From: Myxococcota bacterium
GTDB taxonomy: Bacteria; Myxococcota_A; Polyangia; Nannocystales; Nannocystaceae
Direction: 5' to 3'
NCBI GenBank assembly: GCA_039028615.1
Contig: JBCCHT010000004.1
Location: 160,001 to 224,000, forward strand
DNA: 64,000 nt
The notes below the pieces were generated by a model that was given only the letters and a program-made list of their open reading frames with translations, was not told the DNA's origin and searched no databases. Of this stretch, positions 55,379 through 64,000 are shown in pieces. Position numbers and translations under genes: made by a program. The stretch's first letter is position 1. Every line of letters starts with the position of its first letter.

Positions 55379-56341
55379 TCAGTCGTCGAGCAGCTGCAGC
55401 ATCGCGCGGTTGAACAGCTCGGGGTACTCGAGGTTCGGCGCGTGTCGAGCCTTGGGCAGCACGTGCAGCGGCGCGTCGTACATCCCCGAGATCCGCTGAG
55501 CGATGGACAAGGGAAACACGGGGTCGTCCTCGCCCCAGATGAGCCCGAGCGAGACCGACAGCTCGTGCGACCCGGTGTAGTGCTCGCGCTGGCGGACCAC
55601 GGCCTCGAGCAACGCCGTCTGCGGCTCGCGATACGGCTCGTACATCTGAGCCATGACCTGTCGCAGCACGAAGTCGGGCGCGTAGGGCGGGTCGCCGTAG
55701 GCCAGCTCCAGCAGGCGCTGCACCCCCGCCTCGTCCTGCGGGATGATGATCTCGGCCGCGCTGCCGACCTGGAATCGCTGCAGCAGGCTCTCGAGGTCCT
55801 CGGCCCCATAGATGCCGCCCGGGCTGTCCACGAGCACGAGCCGTCGCACCCGATCCCCGTGCTGCCGCGCGAGCAGGTAGCCCACCATGCCCCCGTAGGA
55901 GATTCCCACCACGTCGACCTGCGACAGCCCCTCGTGGTCGAGCACGCCGACCATCGCCTCGACCTGGTGCTCGAGCGAGGGGTCGTCGCGAGTGGAGCTC
56001 GAGTCCCCAAACCACAGCAAGTCGGGCACAACGACCCAGCGATCGGCGCTCAGCGGCGGCAGCTGCTCGCCCCACTGCCACACCGCCCCGCCGCCGAACC
56101 CGTGCAGCAGCAGCACGGGCGTCTTGGCGGTTTCACGGACGCCCCCGTGCCACAGGTGCACGCGGTCCTCGCCCTGGGTCAGGACCTGCCGCTGCAGCCC
56201 CGCCCGCTCGAAACCTCGCTCCAGGCGATGCCGCTGCAGCCGAACGACATTGCAGGCCAGCGCCACCGCGGTGAGCACCAAGAGCAAGGCCACCGACGCG
56301 AGCGCCCACCTGGAGCGAAGGACACGGGTTCGGTGCGCCAT
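55379..56341 (-). CDS. Alpha/beta hydrolase
   Basis: LLLHGFGG, PDLLWFGDS, GISYGG nucleophile, WGEDD, HAPNLE; start ATG 56341 or 56353. Confidence 0.9.
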   Translation of the reverse strand: MAHRTRVLRSRWALASVALLLVLTAVALACNVVRLQRHRLERGFERAGLQRQVLTQGEDRVHLWHGGVRETAKTPVLLLHGFGGGAVWQWGEQLPPLSADRWVVVPDLLWFGDSSSTRDDPSLEHQVEAMVGVLDHEGLSQVDVVGISYGGMVGYLLARQHGDRVRRLVLVDSPGGIYGAEDLESLLQRFQVGSAAEIIIPQDEAGVQRLLELAYGDPPYAPDFVLRQVMAQMYEPYREPQTALLEAVVRQREHYTGSHELSVSLGLIWGEDDPVFPLSIAQRISGMYDAPLHVLPKARHAPNLEYPELFNRAMLQLLDD

Positions 56342-56428
56342 GCCCTTCACCATAGCTCGGTCCCGCTCATTGCTCGCCCCCACCGCGGCAGACGTGCTAT
56401 CGGTGAAAAAGTGATCGACTCCCCCGGC

Positions 56429-57010
56429 ATGCTGCTCAAGCGCGCGTTCGACCACGCGGCCTTGTGGCACGCGCAGCAGGTCCGCAAGTACCCCGAAGCG
56501 AAGGTCCCCTACCTCAGTCACCCCGCCGGGGTGGTGGCCATATTGGCGCGGTACGGCTTCGACGAGACGGTGCAGGCCGCGGGCGCGCTCCACGACGTGG
56601 TCGAGGACACCGAGGCCACCTTCGACGATCTCGACCGGCTCTTCGGCGACGAGGTCAGCACGCTGGTGCGGCACGTCACCGAGGAAGACAAGAGCCTCCC
56701 CTGGGAGCAGCGCAAGCAGCAGAGCCTCGATCGCTTCCCCAGCAAGCCCTGGCCGGCCCAGGCCCTGAAGCTGGCCGACAAGATCGACAACCTCCGATCG
56801 ATCGTGGCGTGCGCCGCCGAGTTCGGGAATCCCTGGTCCGGGCTCAAGCGGGGCCGCGACGCGCAGCTCGAGCGCTTCGACGCCCTGCTCGAGGCGGCCC
56901 AGGCCCTGCCCGCCCATCCCCTGGTCGAGGAGTTCGCCGAAACCGTCGCCGCCGTGCACCGAATCGGCGAAGACGGCCAGGTCCTCGATCCGCCCGACGC
57001 GGCCCAGTGA
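56429..57010 (+). CDS. HD-domain small alarmone hydrolase (Mesh1/SAH-like)
   Basis: H..Q.RK....PY..HP, LHDVVEDT, FG..V..LV..VT, W..RK, KLADK.DN. Confidence 0.88.
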   Translation: MLLKRAFDHAALWHAQQVRKYPEAKVPYLSHPAGVVAILARYGFDETVQAAGALHDVVEDTEATFDDLDRLFGDEVSTLVRHVTEEDKSLPWEQRKQQSLDRFPSKPWPAQALKLADKIDNLRSIVACAAEFGNPWSGLKRGRDAQLERFDALLEAAQALPAHPLVEEFAETVAAVHRIGEDGQVLDPPDAAQ

Positions 57011-57089
57011 GCCCGGCTGGCCCGCCCCCGGCCGCTTTGACGGCCCGCACTGGACGCACCTTTCGACCGGGGCTATCGTCTCGCGCGCC

Positions 57090-57788
57090 ATGATCCGCGT
57101 CCGCGGTATGCAAAAGAGCTACCGCACCGGGAAGCTCGTCACCCCGGTCCTGCACGGGGTGGACCTCGACATCGAGGACGGCGAGATGGTCTCCATCATC
57201 GGCCCCTCCGGCTCGGGCAAGAGCACGCTGCTGCACGCGATCGGCGGCCTCGACCGCGACTACGAAGGCACCATCGAGGTGGGCGAGCGCGACCTGCATC
57301 GCATGTCCGATCGCGAGCTCAGCGAGTATCGCAACCTGCACGTGGGCTTCGTGTTCCAGGCCTTCAACCTGCTTCCGCACCAGACCTGCGCCGAGAACGT
57401 AGCCCTGCCCGCGCTGTTCGCCCGCGGCGACCGGGCGCTGGCTCCGGCCGATGCGCTGGCCCAGGCTCGCAAGGCGCTCGAGCGCGTCGACCTGGGCGAC
57501 AAGGTCGAGGCACCGCCCACCACGCTGTCCGGCGGCCAGAAGCAGCGCGTCGCCATCGCGCGGGCCCTGTTCAACAAGCCGCGCCTGATGCTGTGCGACG
57601 AGCCCACCGGGAACCTCGACTCCGTCATGGGCGACGCGATCATCGAGCTGTTCAGCCAGCTCAACCGCGACGACGGCATCACCGTGGTGCTGGTAACCCA
57701 CGATCCCAAGATCGCGGCCTCGACCTCCCGCACGGTGAAGGTCAAGGACGGCAAGGTCCTCGAGGAGACGAAGGAGGCGGAGGCATGA
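57090..57788 (+). CDS. ABC transporter ATP-binding protein (LolD/MacB type)
   Basis: GPSGSGKST, GFVFQAFNL, LSGGQKQRVAIARAL, DEPTGNLD, VTHD. Confidence 0.95.
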   Translation: MIRVRGMQKSYRTGKLVTPVLHGVDLDIEDGEMVSIIGPSGSGKSTLLHAIGGLDRDYEGTIEVGERDLHRMSDRELSEYRNLHVGFVFQAFNLLPHQTCAENVALPALFARGDRALAPADALAQARKALERVDLGDKVEAPPTTLSGGQKQRVAIARALFNKPRLMLCDEPTGNLDSVMGDAIIELFSQLNRDDGITVVLVTHDPKIAASTSRTVKVKDGKVLEETKEAEA

Positions 57789-59536
57789 GAGGCGCGCGAC
57801 TGTTCACGGTCGTGCTCGGGAACCTCCGACGCAGCCGCAACCACTTCCTGCTCGCCTCCATCGGCATCGTGGTCGGCATCGCGACCTTCGCGTTCTTCCT
57901 GTCGCTGGGCCTGGGGGTCCGCCAGGTCGTGCTCGGCAAGATCTTCCCCCTCGACAAGCTCGAGGTGGTGCCCAAGAGCCTCGAGCTCAACATCAGCGTG
58001 CTGCGCATGGGCATGGGCCAGGACTCTCTCGACGACGAGATGGTCCAAAAGCTCGCCGAGATCCCAGCCGTCGAGGCCGTCTACCCCAAGATGAAGCTCA
58101 CCGTGGGCTCCATCGCCTACGGCGGCGAGGCGCTGTTCGGCAGCGACCTGCGCTCCGAGGTGGTCGCCGACGGCATCGACCCCAAGCTCGTGGCCGACGA
58201 GGTCAACGAGGATGGCTTCGAGTTCATCGACTTCGACGCACCCGAGCGCCTGGCGGCGGAAGAGGTGGTCGAGTGCACCGAGGACTCGCAGTGCGGCGAA
58301 AAGATGTACTGCGGGCGGCCGGCGGGCACCACCACGGAGCCCCAGAGCCGGCGGCGGAAGGCCAAGCGCAAGCCGAAGCCGAAACCCAAGCCGAAGCCCA
58401 AGCCCAGACCCAAGCTGAAGACGGACCCGAGGACCCCGGCGAGCACTCGCTTGCCCACGCAGTGGCAGCAGCCCAGCGTCCCCTCGACCCCGAGCAAGCC
58501 GGCGCCCAAGACCGACGCCAAGGCGCCCGCCCCCGGCAAGGCCGACGCCGACAAACCGACCGCGCCCCCCACCGACGACGAGGTCGCCAAGGCCAAGGCC
58601 GCGGCGATCAAGGCTGCCGCCGACAAGGCCGCGGCAGAGAAGAAAGCCGCCGACAAGGCCGCCGCCGAGGCGGAAGCGGCCAAGGCCGAGGTCAAGGTCT
58701 GCCGCCACTACGTGCCCGTCGTCGTCTCCGACCACATCGTCGAGCTGTATAACGGCACGCTACGCCGCGCCCACGGGTTCCCCCAGCTCAACCCCGATGC
58801 GGTCCGCGGCTTCAAGTTCGACCTCATCATCGGCCAGTCGATGGTGGCCTCGTCCAACAAGGATCGGGTCATCCACGACCGCGGCATGTTCGTGGGCTCC
58901 ACCGACAAGGCCATCCCGCTGGGCCTCACGCTGCCGCTGGGCTACGTCCAGCGCTACAACGTCGAGTTCGGCAACGAGAGCGACGCCGAGAGCTACCACT
59001 CGGTGATCGTGCAGGTCCGCAACAAGGACGACGTCGCTGCGGTCGCCAAGGCAGTCGCCGACCTCGACCTCGAGGTCAAAGACACCAACGCCGAGGAAGC
59101 CGCCATGCTCATCGCGGTGTTCATGATGGTCTTCGGCCTCGTCAGCGCCGTCATCGTCGGCATCGCGGCGGTGAACATCATGCACGTGTTCTTCATGCTG
59201 GTGTACGAGCGCCAGCGGGAGATCGGCATCATGCGGGCGGTGGGTGCCTCGCAGGGCGACATCGGTCGCATCATCCTGGGCGAGGCGGCGTCGCTGGGCA
59301 CCATGGCCGGCACCGCGGGCATCCTGCTCGCGTGGGGTGCCGCCGAGCTGTTCGACTACGTGTCGGCGCAGTACGTGCCCGACTTCCCGTACAAGCCGAC
59401 CACGTACTTCGAGTTCCCCTGGTGGCTCGTCGCGGCTGCCCTCGCGTTCTCGATCAGCTTCTGCGTTCTCGGAGCGCTGCTGCCCGCTCGCCGAGCCGCT
59501 CGCATGGAGCCCGCCCGCGTGCTGTCGGGCAACTGA
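57785..59536 (+). CDS. ABC transporter permease (MacB/FtsX type) with large periplasmic low-complexity insertion
   Basis: ATGA overlap; LLASIGIVVGI TM1; ERQREIGIMRAVGA; PARRAARMEP. Confidence 0.9.
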   Translation: MRGARLFTVVLGNLRRSRNHFLLASIGIVVGIATFAFFLSLGLGVRQVVLGKIFPLDKLEVVPKSLELNISVLRMGMGQDSLDDEMVQKLAEIPAVEAVYPKMKLTVGSIAYGGEALFGSDLRSEVVADGIDPKLVADEVNEDGFEFIDFDAPERLAAEEVVECTEDSQCGEKMYCGRPAGTTTEPQSRRRKAKRKPKPKPKPKPKPRPKLKTDPRTPASTRLPTQWQQPSVPSTPSKPAPKTDAKAPAPGKADADKPTAPPTDDEVAKAKAAAIKAAADKAAAEKKAADKAAAEAEAAKAEVKVCRHYVPVVVSDHIVELYNGTLRRAHGFPQLNPDAVRGFKFDLIIGQSMVASSNKDRVIHDRGMFVGSTDKAIPLGLTLPLGYVQRYNVEFGNESDAESYHSVIVQVRNKDDVAAVAKAVADLDLEVKDTNAEEAAMLIAVFMMVFGLVSAVIVGIAAVNIMHVFFMLVYERQREIGIMRAVGASQGDIGRIILGEAASLGTMAGTAGILLAWGAAELFDYVSAQYVPDFPYKPTTYFEFPWWLVAAALAFSISFCVLGALLPARRAARMEPARVLSGN

Positions 59537-59895
59537 GATCCGGCGACTCGAACCCTCGCGAGTCGTTGAAAAAGACGGCACACGAGTTCAATAGCGGCCG
59601 GCCGTCCGAACGATCTCGTTCGCGCGTTTCATCACCGCATGCGAACACGCCCAACAAGGCCTGATCGTTTCGGCAGATGTTTCGATGCGGTCGAAATCTG
59701 GCCGCTCGATCAGCGACCACGACGGTCGGAAGATGCCGCGTTCTGCGGACTCGCGACTCGGTGACCGCATCTGATCATTCGAATGAAACGATACGAGGGC
59801 CACACAGGAGAGCACAGGGGATCCCTGACAAAGTGTACGAAACCCGTGGACAATCCCGACATGTAGGCTTATCCCCGAAATGGGGGTTGGGGGAC

Positions 59896-60621
59896 GTGCG
59901 AGCAGGGTTTCGCCGGCAATTGGGATTCGGGGCGATGGCGTTCGTCCTCGGGGCGTGTGCAGCCGATCAGAGCCGTCCCGCCGCCGCAGAAGCCACGCCG
60001 AGCGCCGTGCCGTCGGGAACGGATGCAGTCGTTCCGGCGAGCCCCAGCGAACCCGGAGCCGTCCTCGGCGACTTCCAGTGGACGTACTACTGGGTCGCGG
60101 AAGAGTCCTCCTACGACGGCCCTGCCACGACCTCCCTGTACGCCACGGAAGGCTGCCGACCGCTGGCCAAGGTCTCCGCCGACTTTGCTCGCGCCATCAC
60201 CCTCGAGGGCACTGGTCGCCTCACCGAGGGTCAGTTGCTCAACGTGTCCGGGCGGTGCTCCTGCCCCCGGTCTCCGTGCTTCCTGGTGGCCGACGAGCAG
60301 CACCCGTGGGGCTATGGCGTCCGTGGCCGGGCTCTGCGCCCTTTTCGGTCGGTCGCCGTCGACCGCAACGTCATCGAGTACGGCACCCGCCTGTACATCG
60401 AGGCCCTCGACGGGGTCCGTGTCCCGGCCATGCCAACAAGTCCCGAATTCGTCCACGACGGCTGCGTCACGGCCGAGGACACGGGTAACGCAATCAACGG
60501 CCAGCACCTGGATTTCTTCGCGGCCACCAAGGCCAGCTACCGCGCCCTCGATGCCTCCCTCGGCCTGACTCAGGTCACGGTGAGAGAGGGTGGCACACAA
60601 TGCGATGTTGCCTCACCATGA
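59896..60621 (+). CDS. 3D-domain (MltA-like) lipoprotein, putative peptidoglycan lytic transglycosylase
   Basis: TYY, SVAVDRNVIEYGT.LYI, AEDTG.AI.G.HLDFF; lipobox LGAC; GTG start inferred. Confidence 0.82.
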   Translation: MRAGFRRQLGFGAMAFVLGACAADQSRPAAAEATPSAVPSGTDAVVPASPSEPGAVLGDFQWTYYWVAEESSYDGPATTSLYATEGCRPLAKVSADFARAITLEGTGRLTEGQLLNVSGRCSCPRSPCFLVADEQHPWGYGVRGRALRPFRSVAVDRNVIEYGTRLYIEALDGVRVPAMPTSPEFVHDGCVTAEDTGNAINGQHLDFFAATKASYRALDASLGLTQVTVREGGTQCDVASP

Positions 60622-60630
60622 GGTTCCCTC

Positions 60631-60720
60631 GCACGGAGCGGCTCGCCCCCCGAGTCGCTTCGTGCACCCCGACCGCCCCGCCGTGGAGCTCCCCCTCCAC
60701 GGCGGGGCACTTTAGTTTTG
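60631..60720 (+). terminator. Tandem hairpins; the second is an intrinsic terminator
   Basis: 15-bp stem 60631-60665 (two G-U pairs, CCCCC loop); perfect 14-bp stem 60675-60708 followed by ACTTTAGTTTT. Confidence 0.75.
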
Positions 60721-60767
60721 ACAGCTAACCGATGTAATCGCGGCGGAGCCCCGGCGTTGGCTTCGCA

Positions 60768-61853
60768 GTGAGGCGCTCGGTCGTTCGGCACTGCTCGATG
60801 CTCGCGTTGGCTTTGGCCGCGTGCCAGCCCCTGCCCGAGGTCGAGTACGAGACGGAACGCCTGTCGCTCGCCACCGACTTCGATGAGCCCGTGTGCGCGG
60901 GGACCTTGGCCGCATTGGACAGCGCCGCCGCTCACATCGACGACACCTTTGCCCGCGACGACAACGACGATCGCTACGTCGTGTATTGGCTCGAGGACGA
61001 GCTGTCCGACTTCTGCGACGACGATGCGTCCGGTTGCTACTACCCCGGCACGCGGGTGGTGTTCGCCCACGCCGAGAGCATCGCGCACGAGCTGGTGCAC
61101 GCGACCATCGACTCCCCGGGCGATGCGTTCTTCATGGAAGAGGGCATCGCGGAGCTCTACGGAGGCACCGGGGTTCGGCATCGAGCGTCGAACATCGAAG
61201 GCCGGCTCGCGTCGCAGCTGATGCTGTCGCGGCGGGACTACGAGCACGGGCGGCTGAGCTATCCGCAGGCGGCCCACTTCACCCACTGGCTGCGAGAGAC
61301 CGAGGGCATCTCGGCGGTGCAGCGGCTGGCCTCCCATCTGTCGGAGGGCGCCGACGATGCGGAGATCGGGACTCAGCTCGAGCTGATCTTCGGGGAGCTG
61401 CTGCCGACCATCGAAGACCGCTATCGCGAAGAGGCGCCCCGGCTGTACCGAGGGATCTACGACGACCAGATCGAGACGGCCCAGCTCGGCGACACCACGC
61501 TGTGGGCCAAGATGCGGCTCAACTGCTCCAGCGAGCACGTGCTCGGCCCCTTGCCCGGGCCCACCGAGGGCATGGCGCGACTGCTGCGGCTGGAGGTTCC
61601 GCAGCGGCGAGATGCTCGACTGGTGGTGCATGGCGATCCGGGGACCTGGGTGGAGATCGTGGATCCCTATGTGGCCGACCGCGAGTTCTCGACACCGTGG
61701 TGGCCGACCCGAGACCACGAGGGACGGCTGGTACGAGCCGAGCCCGGCATGTCGGCCAGCGTGACGCTCGACGCGGGCACCTACCTCGTGGTGTTCGCGT
61801 CCATGGGCACGACGCCTCGGCTCGTCGAGCTGCAGATCCTCCGCGGACGCTGA
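60768..61853 (+). CDS. Lipoprotein with gluzincin-like metallopeptidase motif
   Basis: Lipobox LAAC; AHELVH...EEGIAE (HExxH...E). Confidence 0.72.
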   Translation: MRRSVVRHCSMLALALAACQPLPEVEYETERLSLATDFDEPVCAGTLAALDSAAAHIDDTFARDDNDDRYVVYWLEDELSDFCDDDASGCYYPGTRVVFAHAESIAHELVHATIDSPGDAFFMEEGIAELYGGTGVRHRASNIEGRLASQLMLSRRDYEHGRLSYPQAAHFTHWLRETEGISAVQRLASHLSEGADDAEIGTQLELIFGELLPTIEDRYREEAPRLYRGIYDDQIETAQLGDTTLWAKMRLNCSSEHVLGPLPGPTEGMARLLRLEVPQRRDARLVVHGDPGTWVEIVDPYVADREFSTPWWPTRDHEGRLVRAEPGMSASVTLDAGTYLVVFASMGTTPRLVELQILRGR

Positions 61854-62013
61854 GCCCCGCCGATCCCGCGTCGCGGCGCCGTCGGGGCATCGTCTCGTCG
61901 GCGTTCGCCCTGGACTGACGCCCACGCGCACGGCTTGGACGTGTCGTCGGCCCGAACCACGCGTCAGCGCGCCGCCGCGTCGGCGGGCGCAGACATGACC
62001 GCGGGACGGCCCC

Positions 62014-62517
62014 TCACTCCGGGGGTTCGGAGCTCAGGGGCGGCTCTTCGCTCTGGCGGGACTCGACACACTCGACGCACGATTCCTCGGCCTCGTTGCA
62101 CTCGAGTTCACCCTTGCGGCACAGGTCGCGATAGTCGTCCTCGCCGGGGAGGTCGTCCGCGATATCGCAGAGCTTCTCCTTGACGGTGCAGATCTGCGAC
62201 GCGAGAGAGCAGAGTTCTTCGCAGACGCCGAAGGTGGCATCGGAGGTCGCGGAGACCTCGGCATGGCGCGTGCGCAGGGCCTGCAGCAGCTCGGCGTGGC
62301 GACTGATGTCGCTCGTCTGCTCGTGCGGGCCTTCGGGATCGGGACCGTCGGGGACGGCATGGTTGCCCCGCCCCGGAGTCACGGTGCCGCTGCCGGCCTG
62401 GGCTCGACAACCGCCGAGCGCAGCCACCACGCACAGGACTACGCCCAATCGTGCGCCCGACCCCGCCATGCGGCGGGCGAGCCCTCGCGGGAGGCTTCGT
62501 CGTTGCGTGACCCTCAT
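62014..62517 (-). CDS. Small Cys-rich helical lipoprotein
   Basis: Lipobox LGGC; CEELCSLASQICTVKEKLC...LCRKGELECNEAEESCVEC. Confidence 0.65.
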   Translation of the reverse strand: MRVTQRRSLPRGLARRMAGSGARLGVVLCVVAALGGCRAQAGSGTVTPGRGNHAVPDGPDPEGPHEQTSDISRHAELLQALRTRHAEVSATSDATFGVCEELCSLASQICTVKEKLCDIADDLPGEDDYRDLCRKGELECNEAEESCVECVESRQSEEPPLSSEPPE

Positions 62518-63065
62518 GGTTCCAGCTCCTGGCGCAGCAGAGACATCATCTCGATCGACCGCGCGTAGCTACCCGCGGCCAGAGCATCATCGCCGGTCTT
62601 CACGGCGGCATCACCCAACACCACCAGCGCTCGGGCGGTGGCTCGGTCGAGCGGCAGCGAGCGCTCGACGGTGAGCATCGGTTGCAGCAACTCCCGGGCG
62701 GCTCGAGCCCCGTGGGGATCGGCGAGCAGTTCCTCGCCGAGTCGGGCCGCCAAGTCGAGGCGCATGATCTCGGCCTCGGCGAGCCCCGCCGGAACGGGGA
62801 GCGCCAGGCCGCGGCGCAGCGCCCTGCGTCGATCGTCGCCCGTGCGAGCGTCGGCGTCGGCATGAACGTCGGCGACCGAGCGCAGGTACACGAGCCCCTC
62901 GGGCGTGGGCGTGCTGGGGTCGACCGCGTGGGTGCGAAGCGTGGCGTCGGGCTTGCCGACTTCCTTCGGCGAATCGCCGGTCGGGTCACAGCCCGCCGTG
63001 GCTACGGTGGCCAGGACGGTCACGGCCATCCACGGGCCGAGCCAGCGATGGACGAGCTTCGGCAT
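62514..63065 (-). CDS. Hypothetical lipoprotein with TPR-like helices
   Basis: Lipobox TAGC; ARALVVLGDA...GD..LA..SY..SI; overlaps both neighbours. Confidence 0.65.
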   Translation of the reverse strand: MPKLVHRWLGPWMAVTVLATVATAGCDPTGDSPKEVGKPDATLRTHAVDPSTPTPEGLVYLRSVADVHADADARTGDDRRRALRRGLALPVPAGLAEAEIMRLDLAARLGEELLADPHGARAARELLQPMLTVERSLPLDRATARALVVLGDAAVKTGDDALAAGSYARSIEMMSLLRQELEP

Positions 63066-63628
63066 CACTCGCCTCCCCGAGTCGCCCGTAGGCGAGCTTC
63101 GTAGTCGGCGGCGACCGAGCTGGCCCGAGCGCCGTCTTTGTCGCCGAGAATGTCGATGGCCATGCGAGCCGCCTCGCCCGCGCTCTGGGTGGCGGCCTGG
63201 CGCTCTTGCGAGGCCGGCGGCGCGACGTCGAAGCGAGGGATCAAGGCGAGCCCCGCCACCAGGCCGAGCCCGGCGACCATGCCTCGCCAGCCGCCCAGGC
63301 CGTTGGCCGCGGGCGACTCGCTCGGGTCGACCACGGGAGCCGGCGTGCGGGAGGCGATCTGTCGCCACACCCGATGCCGCTCGAGCGGAAGCAGGGCGTC
63401 CATGGACGGAGCCGGCCCCGTCCAGCGCGACAGACCCACCAAGGTCGCCACCGTGCCGACGTCTTCGTCGTCGAGTCCCGTCGCGGTCGTGCTGGCGAAG
63501 GCCAGCTCGTCGTCGGCGATCGGGTCTTCCCCGAGCGCAGCCAACTCGGCGGCAATGCGCTCGGCATCGGCCGCCGCGGCGGGTGGTGCCCCCGAGGGGG
63601 TCGCGTGATCATGCTTTGGTTGCATCAT
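63065..63628 (-). CDS. Putative anti-sigma / single-TM partner of the ECF sigma factor
   Basis: ATGA overlap with the sigma gene; RVWRQI then TM MVAGLGLVAGLALI. Confidence 0.6.
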   Translation of the reverse strand: MMQPKHDHATPSGAPPAAAADAERIAAELAALGEDPIADDELAFASTTATGLDDEDVGTVATLVGLSRWTGPAPSMDALLPLERHRVWRQIASRTPAPVVDPSESPAANGLGGWRGMVAGLGLVAGLALIPRFDVAPPASQERQAATQSAGEAARMAIDILGDKDGARASSVAADYEARLRATRGGE

Positions 63629-63999
63629 GGGTGCCCGAACTCGCGCTTGGGTCCGTCGCCATAGCGTTGAACGTAAACCTTGCGGAACGCCTTACACGCG
63701 CGGAAGAGCAGCACGTCGAGGGTACCAATGGAGACTTCCATCGTCTCGGCTGCATTGTCTCTTGCCATGCCTTGCACCAAACGAAGCTCCAGTACCCGGC
63801 GGTATCGAGGGTTGATCTCCTCGAGGCACTCGTCGATGCGTTCGCGCAACAGCCCGGTGATTTCCTTGTGGGCGGCAAGAGTCTCGCCGTTCCACTCCCC
63901 GGGATCGGGGATGAGCTGTTCGTATTCCGTAGGCCAAGCCCCGACACGACCCGACTTGCGGAGGTGATCGAGGCAGAGATTCTTGGCGATGCGGATGAG
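63625..63999 (-). CDS. ECF RNA polymerase sigma factor, 5' truncated by window end
   Basis: Manual translation LIRIAKNLCLDHLRK...INPRYRRVLELRLVQGMARDNAAETMEVSIGTLDVLLFRA. Confidence 0.88.
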   Translation of the reverse strand, partial: LIRIAKNLCLDHLRKSGRVGAWPTEYEQLIPDPGEWNGETLAAHKEITGLLRERIDECLEEINPRYRRVLELRLVQGMARDNAAETMEVSIGTLDVLLFRACKAFRKVYVQRYGDGPKREFGHP

Positions 64000-64000
64000 C

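Noticed and set aside
53997..57091. Apparent long fusions (694, 570 and 522 aa ORFs)
   Set aside because: Upstream extensions run through neighbouring genes; real starts are near 55355, 56341 and 56429
60718..60740. GACAGCTAACC resembling the 3' end of a c-di-AMP (ydaO) riboswitch, and TTGACA as a -35 box
   Set aside because: The other conserved ydaO blocks are missing, and there is no -10 box at 16-18 nt spacing

Overview
High-GC (roughly 70%), gene-dense chromosomal window. Its content points to a myxobacterium, probably Nannocystaceae-like; this is inferred from a MYXO-CTERM protein, many Cys-rich lipoproteins, several ECF sigma/anti-sigma modules and a TonB-CTD-fused receptor. Housekeeping and metabolic blocks are: ppx; archease-rtcB; an osmoprotectant ABC transporter; a nucleoside catabolism cluster (PNP-deoC-ALDH16-like-deoA, with nupC further away); alkA; a D-cysteine desulfhydrase; a histidine phosphatase followed by an acyl-CoA dehydrogenase/phosphotransferase fusion; a small alarmone hydrolase; and a MacB-type ABC system. 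Accessory highlights are: (i) a POTRA-less Omp85 gene followed by two tandem paralogues of an unrecognised domain and a Ser-repeat protein with a toxin-like C-terminus (9.7-14.8 kb); (ii) a JmjC/cupin enzyme whose HxD iron motif is HxA, as in halogenases; (iii) a reversed-order ACAD10/11-like fusion; (iv) a cluster of three Cys-repeat surface proteins around an AT-rich divergent promoter; (v) a MacB-type permease with a 129-aa TonB/TolA-like insert inside a Cys motif. I saw no tRNA, rRNA, CRISPR array, transposase or integrase. All product calls come from motif recognition by eye, not from database searches.
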